This document shows positions 39,801 through 49,565 of a stretch of 64,000 nt of DNA, in pieces. The translations under genes were made by a program, and so were the position numbers. How positions within the stretch are numbered: the stretch's first letter is position 1; each line of letters starts with the position of its first letter. This DNA comes from Nitrosopumilus sp. Lineage in GTDB: Archaea > Thermoproteota > Nitrososphaeria > Nitrososphaerales > Nitrosopumilaceae. The notes beneath the pieces were generated by a model. It was not told the origin of the DNA. It saw only the letters and a program-made list of their open reading frames with translations, and ran no database searches. Location: positions 1,527,849 through 1,591,848 of the forward strand of contig CBDBLX010000002.1 of NCBI GenBank assembly GCA_965207445.1, in the 5' to 3' direction.

Positions 39801-41507
39801 CTCCTTCCATGCATCGTTTTCACGATTGGACTCGTAAATGAATCTGGCATAATCAGTCACCGACTGAACACCGGCATTTGCAACGGTGTATGGTGATAGA
39901 AACGCATAACCGTCATAATGGACGTACCAGGTACGTTTGATTTGTGTTATGCCCGTAGTGGCATCAAAAATTGCAATCTGTGCCCAATACGTGTCCCCGT
40001 CATCAAAGTCCGAAAAAGAGCCACCTCCTGGCCTTGCCACGTGTACATCAAATGGTCCGATCAGACTTGGCACCAAGCCATGTGCAAGCAAATGAGTCGA
40101 ATTTCTTATCACAGGAAAGAGATCATCTCTGTTCAAGCTCCCAGAAGTGACAATATCAAAACTATTTTGTGGATCGTTTCTGTATGTGTAAAGAGCATCA
40201 TCAACCACAGATTGTACACGAATATCAGGTAGTGAGACAGTTGCACCAAATATGTATCCATCATATAATACTAAATATGCACGTGTTAGTTGATCAGTTT
40301 GAGTTGCAGGATTTCTATCCATATACCATACCCATATGCCTTTTCCTTGTTCACTGGCAACCCGCAGCTCGTCTATAATGACTTGTGATGGCTTGTTGGC
40401 ATTCTCAAACTGCATAAAGGTTGTTCCCACAAACTCAATTGTCCTTGCATGTGCTAAGACTTGAAGAGTATTGGCATCTAGTACAAAAGTGGAATCTGCT
40501 GACAATGGATCAGATACATCAGGAGTTATTATATTATCAAAAGCAGCATTGCCATGAACAGTATACAACATCAGAGCAGAGTCTACCAAAGATATGGTAC
40601 TTGTATCAAGTGGATAATAACCAGACCCAAACACATATCCATCATACAGATAAAGCCAAGAGAGTTTGAGTTGTGTTATATCCGTAGCTGGATTGTGAAA
40701 TGTATACGTAACCCATGCAGAACCAGTATCATCTAATTCTGCACGAACATCAGCAACTGACCTTACAGCAGTGTTTAGTATGCCTTCTGGTTGTCCCACT
40801 CTCTCAGGTACGACACCATCTGCCACTCTGCTCCAATTTGCAAAGTCGATCACAAAAGGGTACAGTTCATCAGTTATGATAGGTGCATCAGGAGTAATCA
40901 TATCAAATGCTACAATGCCATATGTCTCATATTGTACAACCACATTCTCTATTAGATTTTGAACCTCAAAATCTGCCAAAAAGTAGCCTGCAGCAAAGAT
41001 ATATCCATCATCATGCAAGTGCAACAAAGTACGTTTTGCCTGTAGTTGTCTATTCTCAGGGTTTATCTCCATGTGTTCAATCCATACCATACCATCATTG
41101 TTCAAATGGGCTCGAATCTGACTAGATGACATGTTTGCAACATCAAATGGCATTTCCCCCACGTATAGAGAGCCTGCTCCATGAGCTATGACCTCTAGTG
41201 TGTTGTAGTTTATGACAAGTGGAATTGGCGCATCAGAGTTAGAATCTTGGGCATTTGTAATCATATTAAATGCGCTCTGCCCATTCTCAGAGTACACATT
41301 GAGTGCATTTGATACGGCTGTCTGAACCTGCGCATCAATACCACTCTGATCAAATAAAATGCGGTCTTGAGGTTCATCATCCACTGCAAAGGCCGGAGTC
41401 ACAGATACAACAAGTGTAATTGCAAATACCATAATAATTGATCGATTATAGTTTAGAATACTCAATATGTTATTATCCTCAAAACGACATAATAAAGACT
41501 TTGACAA
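36828..41507 (-). CDS. Predicted secreted protein of 12 tandem single Cache-like (sCache_2-type) domains
   Basis: Signal-like IIMVFAITLVVSVTPAFA; 12 units of about 120 aa with Y.FV.D....AHG/ADG..P..VG ... W..Y...NP.TG....K.......DG..FG.GYY; no TM or output domain. Start codon uncertain. Confidence 0.8.
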   Translation of the reverse strand: MSKSLLCRFEDNNILSILNYNRSIIMVFAITLVVSVTPAFAVDDEPQDRILFDQSGIDAQVQTAVSNALNVYSENGQSAFNMITNAQDSNSDAPIPLVINYNTLEVIAHGAGSLYVGEMPFDVANMSSSQIRAHLNNDGMVWIEHMEINPENRQLQAKRTLLHLHDDGYIFAAGYFLADFEVQNLIENVVVQYETYGIVAFDMITPDAPIITDELYPFVIDFANWSRVADGVVPERVGQPEGILNTAVRSVADVRAELDDTGSAWVTYTFHNPATDITQLKLSWLYLYDGYVFGSGYYPLDTSTISLVDSALMLYTVHGNAAFDNIITPDVSDPLSADSTFVLDANTLQVLAHARTIEFVGTTFMQFENANKPSQVIIDELRVASEQGKGIWVWYMDRNPATQTDQLTRAYLVLYDGYIFGATVSLPDIRVQSVVDDALYTYRNDPQNSFDIVTSGSLNRDDLFPVIRNSTHLLAHGLVPSLIGPFDVHVARPGGGSFSDFDDGDTYWAQIAIFDATTGITQIKRTWYVHYDGYAFLSPYTVANAGVQSVTDYARFIYESNRENDAWKEIITPDAPIVTDDLYPFVINITSWTRLADGVVPGRVGQPETILDTSSRSVQDIRDDLARDGQVWLTYTFHNPATGVEQLKRTYLQQKDDLVFGSGYYILDSGVQAIVYANILDYNSDGRDATLASLNIIPDKPITSYTFVVDPQTGVTVAQGVNPELIGTFDWDAITMTLAVDDILDMTSNAPGVWVGYTHVNPITGVAETKRTWIVSHDGLLIGSGYYASEIPESDVKFAVSNAINIYNNNKDNDRWVDIITPDQPITTDALYPFVIDAATWTRLADGVVPGRVGQAETILDTSVRSPDDVLAELRQKGSLWITYIFHNPATGVEQLKRTYLELHDDGLVFGSGYYVLDSRVQSITHTKIQEYERDGRDAVINSINVIPDTPISTYAFVIDPTSDTTLAQNADPAIIGTMTDWNAITTILSKSSILDTLSRGTGVWFSYTHTSPITGEPELKHSWLVLHDGLIFGTGYYSHDIPATDVEFVVQNTIDIYESNENWVDVITPDQLITTDALYPFVIDAATWTRLADGVVPGRVGQAETILDTSVRSPDDVLAELRQKGSLWVTYIFHNPATGVEQLKRSFLQLHDGLVFGSGYYVLDSKVQSLAHSRVLEYERDGMASTISSINMIPNTPITTYSFLVQPRNDHTLAQNVNPALIAMNSDWNAIIDVHSKNTILAELNRGSGIWVNYMHTSPVTGATELKHTWLVLHDDLIFGTGHYQHDIHETDVKFVVRGAIDTYESYPNTWADIITPSRQLTTDALYPFVIDRDTWVRLADGVVPTRVNQPETILDTAAVSVDYVLSELDAKGSLWVTYIFHNPATDVEQLKRSFLQLHDGLVFGSGYYTLDTDAQAQTHSRVLEYERDGRDDAIESINMLADVPPTRYSFAVDTATNMTLAQGVNTALVNEITDWSAIMTAEQNVIDRLSRGSGIWVNYEHVSPTTGNTEMKRSWLVLHDGIVFGTGYYSSEIRVDVDSLVDPSSPPLSQQQQKICR

Positions 41508-41515
41508 TACGTAAT

Positions 41516-41597
41516 GTAACCGTTCAACCCATTCTCAAATTTAGACACAAATTCACCACCTAACGTCTGGCGCAGGTAACGGGGGTTGTACGGTTAC
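41516..41597 (-). mobile_element. MITE family 1 (82 bp)
   Basis: GTAACCGTTCAACCC ... GGGTTGTACGGTTAC. Confidence 0.85.
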
Positions 41598-41899
41598 TCT
41601 GTTAGAAGATATGTATCCAGTATATCTTGGGACGGAGTCTGTTACAATGAGAACGTAGGTATTCATACGTCTCAAAGTCGCGTAGAGTCGAGGAATTAAA
41701 GAGCGAGTTTCCTAGCAAGAGATCCAGATCGTGCTTGAGTCGATCAGGATCAACTAGGTACATCAAAGCTCTGCTGCAAGCACAATGTCCATCTCCTTGT
41801 ACTTTTCGCGTAGGATCCACTACACCTGCCCCTCGTCAAGGTTGCTTACAACCAGAAGCTTGTCTGTCATTTGGCTCGAGTCTTGATCATTTTGCTTTG

Positions 41900-42733
41900 T
41901 TTGGTGACCCACACGTCAATGTTTCCATTGTATAATGATTTCATTAAAGATCCGATAGTTTTCTAATATTTTGTATTCATAATGTGTGCTCAACTTTGAG
42001 ATGAATATCAATCAAAATATCGGATCTTTAATCATATCAGTATGCATGGGTGTTCATAGGCGAATATGGCATCAGTTTTGTCATTACTCACTCACGTGGT
42101 GCGGTGGTGTTAGATGTACACTGTCCGTTATTTGACATTCGAACCGCGGTGGATGGATACGCCGCATACAACAAATTCAAAACCAAACAGCGCTGCTGGG
42201 CGCATGTTTTGCGCGATGCCGAACTGCTGGCAGCCATGTATGGTGGCAATCTCGTAGAATTGCACAGAACACTCCAGCACATATTTCACGAGGCCAAACA
42301 GCTACTACCAGACACCACAGATCAACAACAACAAAAACAACTGCAAGACAACTGGATAGATCCCGTCATGGCAATTGCAGGCACATATACAGAACTAGTA
42401 ACACTCGTTTGGTGGCAAACTACTCAATGCGGCGCCAGACCTGTTTACATTTGTCAAATATCCGGGCATGCCACCTGCCAACAACAAATCCAAACGATCA
42501 CTGTGGTGGTGGCGCGTCATAATTCACAAAAAGATTCGTCAGATGTTTCGCAGTACAACAGGAATGGAAGTTTATGGTATATTGATGTCATGTATGATGA
42601 CTTGGTATGATCAGGACAAGGATCTTGTAAAGAATATCCATGACACCATTCATGGCAAGATAAATCATTCACCAAACTTCATCGCATAGTAGTAGATGTG
42701 TGTTGAGGTGTACAAGTAGGGGGTTTAACTTAC
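41900..42733 (+). pseudogene. IS66-family transposase remnant (frameshifted, 5' truncated)
   Basis: PHVNV, YAWVF, DGYAAY, QRCWAHVLRD, then PPANNKSKRSL in another frame; ends in gggggtttaacttac, resembling the family 1 terminal repeat. Confidence 0.8.
41943..42032. mobile_element. MITE family 2 nested in the IS66 remnant
   Basis: Same inverted ends and body as 19191-19280. Confidence 0.8.
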
Positions 42734-43028
42734 AATACCGCACATCATATTTGTTGTGGCAATATGAATTTTTATGTATAACTACATTATAACAGATGGT
42801 ATATTATATGGTAAAGGCTCAACCAAACACATAATTTCCAATATAGGTAAACCATCACACATATGCAAATTATTACAATTTGAACAAGTCACCAATCAGT
42901 ATTCCAACAGTCCAAACATTTGTGTTCTGATGTATAGCACGTTTCACGACCGCACACCTTTCTATTACATCGAATACAGACTCGCATCTGATCCTCAAAT
43001 GGATCATCACGTCCACAAGATGCACATC

Positions 43029-44267
43029 TCATCGCACATCACCTTTTTCATACACATTTAGTACTACTAACATGGGTAATGCAGAACCAGTCATGTATAA
43101 TACAAGTGCACCACCAGCAGTTGATACATGATTGATATTTTTTACCAAATCTAACTTTCTCAAAGCAGTAGACAAGTGACCGCCACTAATAATCGTAGTT
43201 GCCATTGAAGTGGAAATGGCAGATAGTAGTTTGTTAGTACCATGTGTGAATTTTTCTATCTCAAATATTCCAGCAGGTCCGGACATAAACACCATACCAG
43301 CCGATGAAATTATTTTTGAAAAATACTCGACTGTCTTTGGACCTATATCAGAAATTTTAACATTTTTAATATCATCACTTTGACCAAACCCGAATGTTTC
43401 TCTTACATCAACATCAATACGTTCATTCTCAACATCCAAACCTAGATCAATTGGAGTATGAATTTTACCAGGATAATTTTCCATCAATATGTGGGCTTTT
43501 TTTACTAGTTCAGGATCGCGTATCTCAGGTGTGCTAGATACAGTAGGATCAAGTCTAGCTTGTGCATTTAAAAATAAACAACCAATAGAACCAGTTAAGA
43601 GAATATGATCTGCCATGCCATTTTCTAAAAACAGCGTCATTGCATTCAATCTATCTTTTATCTTAGAGCCACCCAATACAATTACGCGTGGAGATTTTGT
43701 GACGCTTTTAATTTTTTCAAGATTAATAATTTCATCACCTATCGATAAACCAGCATACGTATCAATACCTATACTAGGAAAACCGGTTATTGATGGATGT
43801 CGTCTATGTGCACATGGAAATGCATCTAATACACACGCATCTATAAAACGGCTCAGTCTTTTGACAAATATTGTTTTTGAGCTTTCTATGTTAGTTTTGT
43901 AATCAACATTTTCTTCAGCACAGAATCTTAAATTATCCAAAAGAATGATATCACCATTTTTCATGTTTTGTATGGCATTGATTGCGCAATCTCCAATCAC
44001 ATCTCGAACATATTTTACCCTACGGCCACACTCTTTTGTTAATATCTCAGCGTGTTCATCAAGTTCAATAAATTCTTCATTCGTTACTCTACCTTGGTGG
44101 GTTGCCATAACTACCTTTGAATCTTTAAGATAATCCAAGTTTTTAACAATCTGTTTAATACGACCAGTACCATGTATACGACCACCATAGATTGGACAGT
44201 TTATATCAACTCGTAAAAAGACAGTCAGGTTTTGTAATTGGTCGTGATAATCTTTTAATAATTTCAC
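43029..44267 (-). CDS. pgk: Phosphoglycerate kinase
   Basis: LRVDINCP, THQGR, LLDNLRF, DAF..AHR.H.S, VLGGSK, DIGPKT, GPAGIFE, SGGH, HVSTAGGA. Confidence 0.93.
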   Translation of the reverse strand: MKLLKDYHDQLQNLTVFLRVDINCPIYGGRIHGTGRIKQIVKNLDYLKDSKVVMATHQGRVTNEEFIELDEHAEILTKECGRRVKYVRDVIGDCAINAIQNMKNGDIILLDNLRFCAEENVDYKTNIESSKTIFVKRLSRFIDACVLDAFPCAHRRHPSITGFPSIGIDTYAGLSIGDEIINLEKIKSVTKSPRVIVLGGSKIKDRLNAMTLFLENGMADHILLTGSIGCLFLNAQARLDPTVSSTPEIRDPELVKKAHILMENYPGKIHTPIDLGLDVENERIDVDVRETFGFGQSDDIKNVKISDIGPKTVEYFSKIISSAGMVFMSGPAGIFEIEKFTHGTNKLLSAISTSMATTIISGGHLSTALRKLDLVKNINHVSTAGGALVLYMTGSALPMLVVLNVYEKGDVR

Positions 44268-44682
44268 AAGTAGATTTTGATCTCATATTTTTATAAATGA
44301 ACCGCTTATGTTTAATCGTGTATAAAGTACAGATTCAGATAAATTATCATATATGGTAACAAACGCATGGAAATAAACATATTATGAAACTATTCAATTG
44401 TATGTAAAGCCGGCCAAGATATATGTTAAGAAAATTTGTGAATTAAATTGTCCTGTAAGTATCTACATGTGATTATTATAAGTGATTCTTCAATTTGGTA
44501 CTAAAATGCGCAGCATATGTAAGGATATGATTTTTCTTTAGGATGATTCGAATATGTATCTATACGAGTATTAAATCTCAATACTATGCGTCATCCATTC
44601 ATTAGAGTCACTGCAATTAATTCCCCAAGCATTAAATCTCACACTTGTAGCGACGCTCACAAGTCTTAGCACAGATCAAATA

Positions 44683-44763
44683 GTAACCGTTCAACCCCCG
44701 TACTTGCGCTAGATGTTAGGTGGTGAATTTGCGCCTAAATTTGGAAAAGTATTGAACGGTTAC
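44683..44763 (+). mobile_element. MITE family 1 (81 bp)
   Basis: GTAACCGTTCAA ... TTGAACGGTTAC. Confidence 0.85.
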
Positions 44764-45394
44764 CATATACTTAATGTAAGTTATTTATACATATATGTAT
44801 ATATTAATTAATAATCACATTTTAAACTATTACAAAATTTGAGTTTTGTTGTTTTTTGAGTTTATTTGTACTATAATCTAAGTGACATTTTTTGAATACT
44901 GCCGTGTCACTTTAATTACACATATCATCTAATGAAAAAAAAGAGGAGAGATGAAGGGTAGCAAATATACCAACCCAAAAGGTAAGAAGAAAAGATAAAC
45001 GCAATCAATCTCCGTCTGAGATCAACCATGATATTCCAATCAAATCTTCCCATGCTTCACCAGTATTGTCTTTTTCTTGCATAAATGCAATTATACTAAA
45101 CACTATATAACGAGCAAGAATGATTTATTCATTTTATCATCACGCATATCTTAAAATATTTTATATTCATATTTTTTTTGAGCAAGTGTAAATTTTTACT
45201 ATGGGGTATACATGTACAGGATAGATAAATTTCTGAGTGTACTTTATTACGTGCGTTATGAATATTTGCCATCAACAACAACCATACGTCTTTGTTCTAT
45301 TTTTTATCTTATTTAGAATTACATCAATTGTATCTTACCTGTTATGACAAGTACAAGAAATGTAATATCTAAAACATATTACAGATAAAATCAA

Positions 45395-45883
45395 TCAAGA
45401 TGCAAGCTTAACTGCATCAGAGTCATTTGCAGTCTTTTCATAGTGAAATTCTTGTCGCTTTAGGTCTTTTTCTGAAATTATACGACATTTTTTCATCGAT
45501 ACGAGACGTGACACCTGCTCATACGTACCCATATCTCTAACATCAGATGCAAATGCAATCTGCATGAATGGTGCTCTCTCAAGAATCATAGATTTTGCCT
45601 GCTCATATCCACTTCTCTGTTTCATACCAGTGCGAAACAATCCAAGTTGTTCATCATCTTTTGAGACTTGAGGGTCTTGATAACAGCATATAGCAAACTC
45701 ATCATCTATTTTTTCGATTATGGTCAGACGAGTAAACTTGTCACACCACTTTCCAACTGTTCTTGCAACCATAGTTGCAAGTTTCATATCCTCAAAGACA
45801 AGAGATATTACAAGTCGATCTTTTTCATAAGCCCAAGATATGCCATAAAACAAAGTCTGCCAATTGATAGAAAATGAAGGCAT
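45395..45883 (-). CDS. Hypothetical protein
   Basis: 162-aa ORF with protein-like composition; no recognised motif. Confidence 0.6.
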   Translation of the reverse strand: MPSFSINWQTLFYGISWAYEKDRLVISLVFEDMKLATMVARTVGKWCDKFTRLTIIEKIDDEFAICCYQDPQVSKDDEQLGLFRTGMKQRSGYEQAKSMILERAPFMQIAFASDVRDMGTYEQVSRLVSMKKCRIISEKDLKRQEFHYEKTANDSDAVKLAS

Positions 45884-46017
45884 GTATCTATTGTATTTGA
45901 CCTCAAATTAATAATTTTGCGACAAATCAAGAACAATGCAGATAATTAATGAACATGGTATGGTTTTAAAATAGAAAAAAATCAACTAGCAAAATAGAAA
46001 AAATGTAGGTATATTGA

Positions 46018-46623
46018 TTATGATTGAAAAGTATTCTTGTCATTTGATGTAGTGTCTTTCTTAGCAAAAGCATCAAAAGTACTTTCATTACGAGACACAT
46101 GTCCTCGATATCTGCCGCTGCCGCTACCACGACTAGCACCTCTTCTATTTGGTAGACGATTACTATCACGTCCCATTCTACGACCACTAGTTTTATTGTT
46201 GTCGGGTTTGTTAGAATTTTTGGTTTGTGTAGAATTAGAGTTGTTATCTTTTGTGTTGTTATTGTTTTTATTATTATTATTGTTAAAGTTTTGAGAACCA
46301 CTTTTATCATGTTGTGTCTGTTTTTCGAATTTACGCTTTTTGCCCATGTTTAACACCTCATATTTTTTATCAGCCTCGCAGATCTTCATCTCACCAGACA
46401 CTGGATCATGCATAGTTTCTAATCCACCTTCTGAGAGTAATAATCCTATAATATTCCATGTTTCAGATTCAGTAATATCAAACTTTGAGGTAATTGTAGA
46501 GAATTTTGTAAAATAACCATTTCGTGAATTTCTCAAGATAAATGATTCTATTTTTTTTTCCAAGGACATTTCGGGGCGCTTTTTGAACTTTCCAGACGAA
46601 CGCTTTGGTCTCATACCACTCAT
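46018..46623 (-). CDS. Hypothetical basic protein, possible winged-helix core, Asn/Arg-rich low-complexity tail
   Basis: 201-aa ORF; globular N-half, NNNNNKNNN and RGASRGSG tail. Confidence 0.7.
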   Translation of the reverse strand: MSGMRPKRSSGKFKKRPEMSLEKKIESFILRNSRNGYFTKFSTITSKFDITESETWNIIGLLLSEGGLETMHDPVSGEMKICEADKKYEVLNMGKKRKFEKQTQHDKSGSQNFNNNNNKNNNNTKDNNSNSTQTKNSNKPDNNKTSGRRMGRDSNRLPNRRGASRGSGSGRYRGHVSRNESTFDAFAKKDTTSNDKNTFQS

Positions 46624-47195
46624 TATAATTAATTTAAAACTTAGGACTATTTAATATGTGGTAATTACTTTTGAGACACTAAAAAATACCAAATAATAAA
46701 AAATTGAAATCTGTATTGTAAACACACAAGTATTAAGATGCGGTAGTTTGCGACTAGAACAGTCGCTACCACCTACCACTGTTAGATGTCATATTCAATG
46801 GCGTGCAGTTGACAGAGGGGATTTCTGTCGCACTGCAAAAGGACCGGTCGTTTTAGCAAACGCAAATCCCAAGCCAATTGAATGCAAAGTCAAGTGGTCT
46901 GACTATATACCAATGTTGATCCTTTGGAGATCAGTAGGTGGCACATTAGGCAGAATACACCTTACTTTATGTCTGCTATGTTATATTATACAGATTTTTG
47001 TATATAACGATGCGCAGTGTAATATTATTGTGTCAATTGTGGACAAAAGTTACATCTCACCTACGTCTCATCCCCACAACACATGAATGCGATTCACAAA
47101 CGCGCCAGACTAGTCATCCAGGTAATCATTTGACCGCTTTCTCACCTCTACCATTCCCATTAATAGTCTGAGAAGGTTATATGCAACTTTGACTT

Positions 47196-47250
47196 GTAAC
47201 AATTCAACTATCTCACTTTAGGCACATATTTCACCACTTTGTCTTAATGT
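47196..47250 (-). mobile_element. Degenerate partial MITE family 1
   Basis: gtaacaattcaac...ctca.tttaggcaca.atttcaccac resembles 41516-41560. Confidence 0.5.
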
Positions 47251-47319
47251 ATAGATTAATTTAAATATGAGAAAAAATATTATCATAAAACCTAAAATCT
47301 AAATTATTTTATTTATTCA

Positions 47320-47366
47320 TATTTAAATTTTAAATGAATATATCAGTCAGGAAGGTTGGTTCACAC
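47320..47366 (-). mobile_element. Partial MITE family 3 end
   Basis: tcagtcaggaaggttggttcacac versus tcagtcatggaggttggtttacac at the end of 48329-48477. Confidence 0.5.
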
Positions 47367-47810
47367 AAACATAGAGATGATATATGGCACTTTTAGCCCA
47401 CCACACCATATTCGTCTATTTTGGAATCAGTAGTGCTGAGATTTACCTTTACAGATGAGCACATGAATCTTTTTTGGCGGCCTGCGCTTTCAAAATCTTT
47501 TAAATTCACTCAAATATGTGAATTGTCAATAAATTTGTACACGGCGTTTAGATGGGTCATTTTGCCAGCAGTATTCTGACTGTGTTATCAACTGCTCACT
47601 TGAGTATATCCCATACCTCTTTTATCGTATTCATATAAGGATATCCAGAAATTATATACTTGTGTAGCACAATAATATAACCACATAAATTATATACGAT
47701 TAAGCAACAGAACCATATTCATACTTAAGATATTTTGCAGTGAATATTAGACACAGGGTACCGTAGATTATACAGTTTGTTTTACACTCTTACTTTTCTA
47801 ACTGTGACAT

Positions 47811-48071
47811 TCATTTTTCTAGTTTGGCAATATCCAAACCATCTTGCTCTAACATACCGAATATATCTGGTATTATGGTGGTATCTTTGGCGACTATATT
47901 CAGTCTATTTTCTATTGTGGACAAACGAGCGTCAACATCATCTAGTCTTTTTGAAATATAGTCAAATTTACTGTTCAGTTTATTTATCAACTCTTTATTC
48001 AACTGAGTAATTAAATTTCCATTAGCAATGTTAATTGCATCCAACACAAATTTTTTGTCATCATCATTCAT
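47811..48071 (-). CDS. Small coiled-coil protein, possibly prematurely stopped
   Basis: Heptad pattern RLDDVDARLSTIENRL; reads KLEK*MSQLEK* across the stop. Confidence 0.55.
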   Translation of the reverse strand: MNDDDKKFVLDAINIANGNLITQLNKELINKLNSKFDYISKRLDDVDARLSTIENRLNIVAKDTTIIPDIFGMLEQDGLDIAKLEK

Positions 48072-48328
48072 ACAATATTGTCTCCATAAAATAATTTAAA
48101 GGTTTGAAGAGACTGGATCCTTTGCATTAATCGCGGGTAACTTGCACGTTACTGCCATTGTCGCTTGTGCGACATTGATGCGCCCCGTAATATCACTGTC
48201 GTTACATGACAGACTCAAGACCCTTGGATTCACATGGTAAGATTATGCAGACTCAGGCCACTGCTCCTCCCATGGCTGCCACGCCAGCATTGCCGATGAG
48301 TGTAATCATTTGTTATTACCGTGTATTG

Positions 48329-48477
48329 GTGTGAACCAAGCTCATTGGGCACAATAATGAAATCACATACTTATATTTGGTTACATTCGTGCCCGCATAT
48401 CGAATATCGTGCATGCGATACATTTAGCTAGGAGTTGTTTTTGAATAATCATGTCAGTCATGGAGGTTGGTTTACAC
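48329..48477 (-). mobile_element. MITE family 3 (149 bp)
   Basis: Ends GTGTGAACCAA / TTGGTTTACAC; reverse complement aligns with 63531-63679. Confidence 0.8.
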
Positions 48478-48574
48478 GGTATATGGAATTTTCATTTTTG
48501 TCTCAAAAATGACTAGTCTCAAAAATTACTAGTCTCAAATCTAATCTCAATTCATCGACTCTAAAATAAACTTG

Positions 48575-49210
48575 TCATTTTTTTAATGTGGCAAACATCT
48601 TATCATACTTTGATTGTACATCAGTATTACACCCAAAAGTAGTCTCAGAATCATAATCTAAGCGCATCTTTTCAAGTGACTCACCCAACTTGTGAATTAT
48701 CGGCTCTATAACAAGAGCAGAGTCATTTTTTGCAAATTGCTTGCGTTGTTCTTCGTTTTTGCCTCGTGTAGGAAAATACTTTTTGTATAAATGGTCACGT
48801 ATACCATCTATCTCTTTGCGCATTACAATTTCACCAAGATCAAAGTGTCCTTGCTGATGATTTAACTCTGCATCATTGCAATCAGGACGCGCCCATGACA
48901 AACATGACCAAAACTCTGTTGCAATATCAAGGCGTGTAATCACAAAGAATATCTCACCTACTGTACGTTCTTTGTCTTGTGCATATGGTACGGCAAAATT
49001 ATCAAAAGTCTCAGAGTCATTACCGAACCCTTGTTCGTTTGTATAATGTTGCTGCTCTGCATTTACATATACAGAACCCACAGTCCAATGCGGCCTGTAT
49101 CGTATTGCACTGTATGCATCTTGAAACTCTGCAGGGTTTGCATCGGCCTTAAAGTCAGACCACTCAAGTAATTTATCAGGGAACCATTGTACAACATCAT
49201 GCTCTGACAT
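48575..49210 (-). CDS. DUF922-like (Zn-peptidase-like) protein
   Basis: L.WSDFK, SWAR, LNHQQGHFDLGEI, YD.ET..G....Q..Y. Confidence 0.65.
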   Translation of the reverse strand: MSEHDVVQWFPDKLLEWSDFKADANPAEFQDAYSAIRYRPHWTVGSVYVNAEQQHYTNEQGFGNDSETFDNFAVPYAQDKERTVGEIFFVITRLDIATEFWSCLSWARPDCNDAELNHQQGHFDLGEIVMRKEIDGIRDHLYKKYFPTRGKNEEQRKQFAKNDSALVIEPIIHKLGESLEKMRLDYDSETTFGCNTDVQSKYDKMFATLKK

Positions 49211-49565
49211 AAATTATATCTATAATTCCCATTTATGTTCTTGTAGAAAATCACCAAAATGTCATACAATACCATAAAAGACACACAGATGTCAAAAAGT
49301 CTAGACAGCACAGCAGTTAAAAAAAATAGAGTTGTGTGTGTGTTTTTTTGTTACTTACAAATCCACATACAACATGTACTTGAAAAAAATGTTGCAATCA
49401 TCTGCAAGCAGAGTTATGGTTCTATTCGCCCACTTTTCGTCTGCAAACATAATTTACGTATAGTGGGAGAATCATTACAACATGCATCATTTTGATCTGA
49501 GATTATATTATGTTAAGATGAAAAGTCAATGATTTAATACCAATTCATAAACACGACAAATATCA

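Noticed and set aside
41602..41870. Possible IS481-like N-terminal fragment (NLDEGQV*WILREK) on the minus strand
   Set aside because: Resemblance is short and interrupted by stops; cannot be supported without a search.
46748..47200. 112-aa ORF and hairpin near 46804-46836 as gene or ncRNA
   Set aside because: No recognisable protein motif or RNA family; likely decayed sequence.
47648..47672. gaaattatatacttg resembling the IS1595 TIR
   Set aside because: Partial match in AT-rich DNA with no partner end or duplication.
48110..48310. Possible decayed DUF5011-like fragment (MITLIGNA...SDITGRINV) on the minus strand
   Set aside because: Motifs are in different frames and too weak to call.
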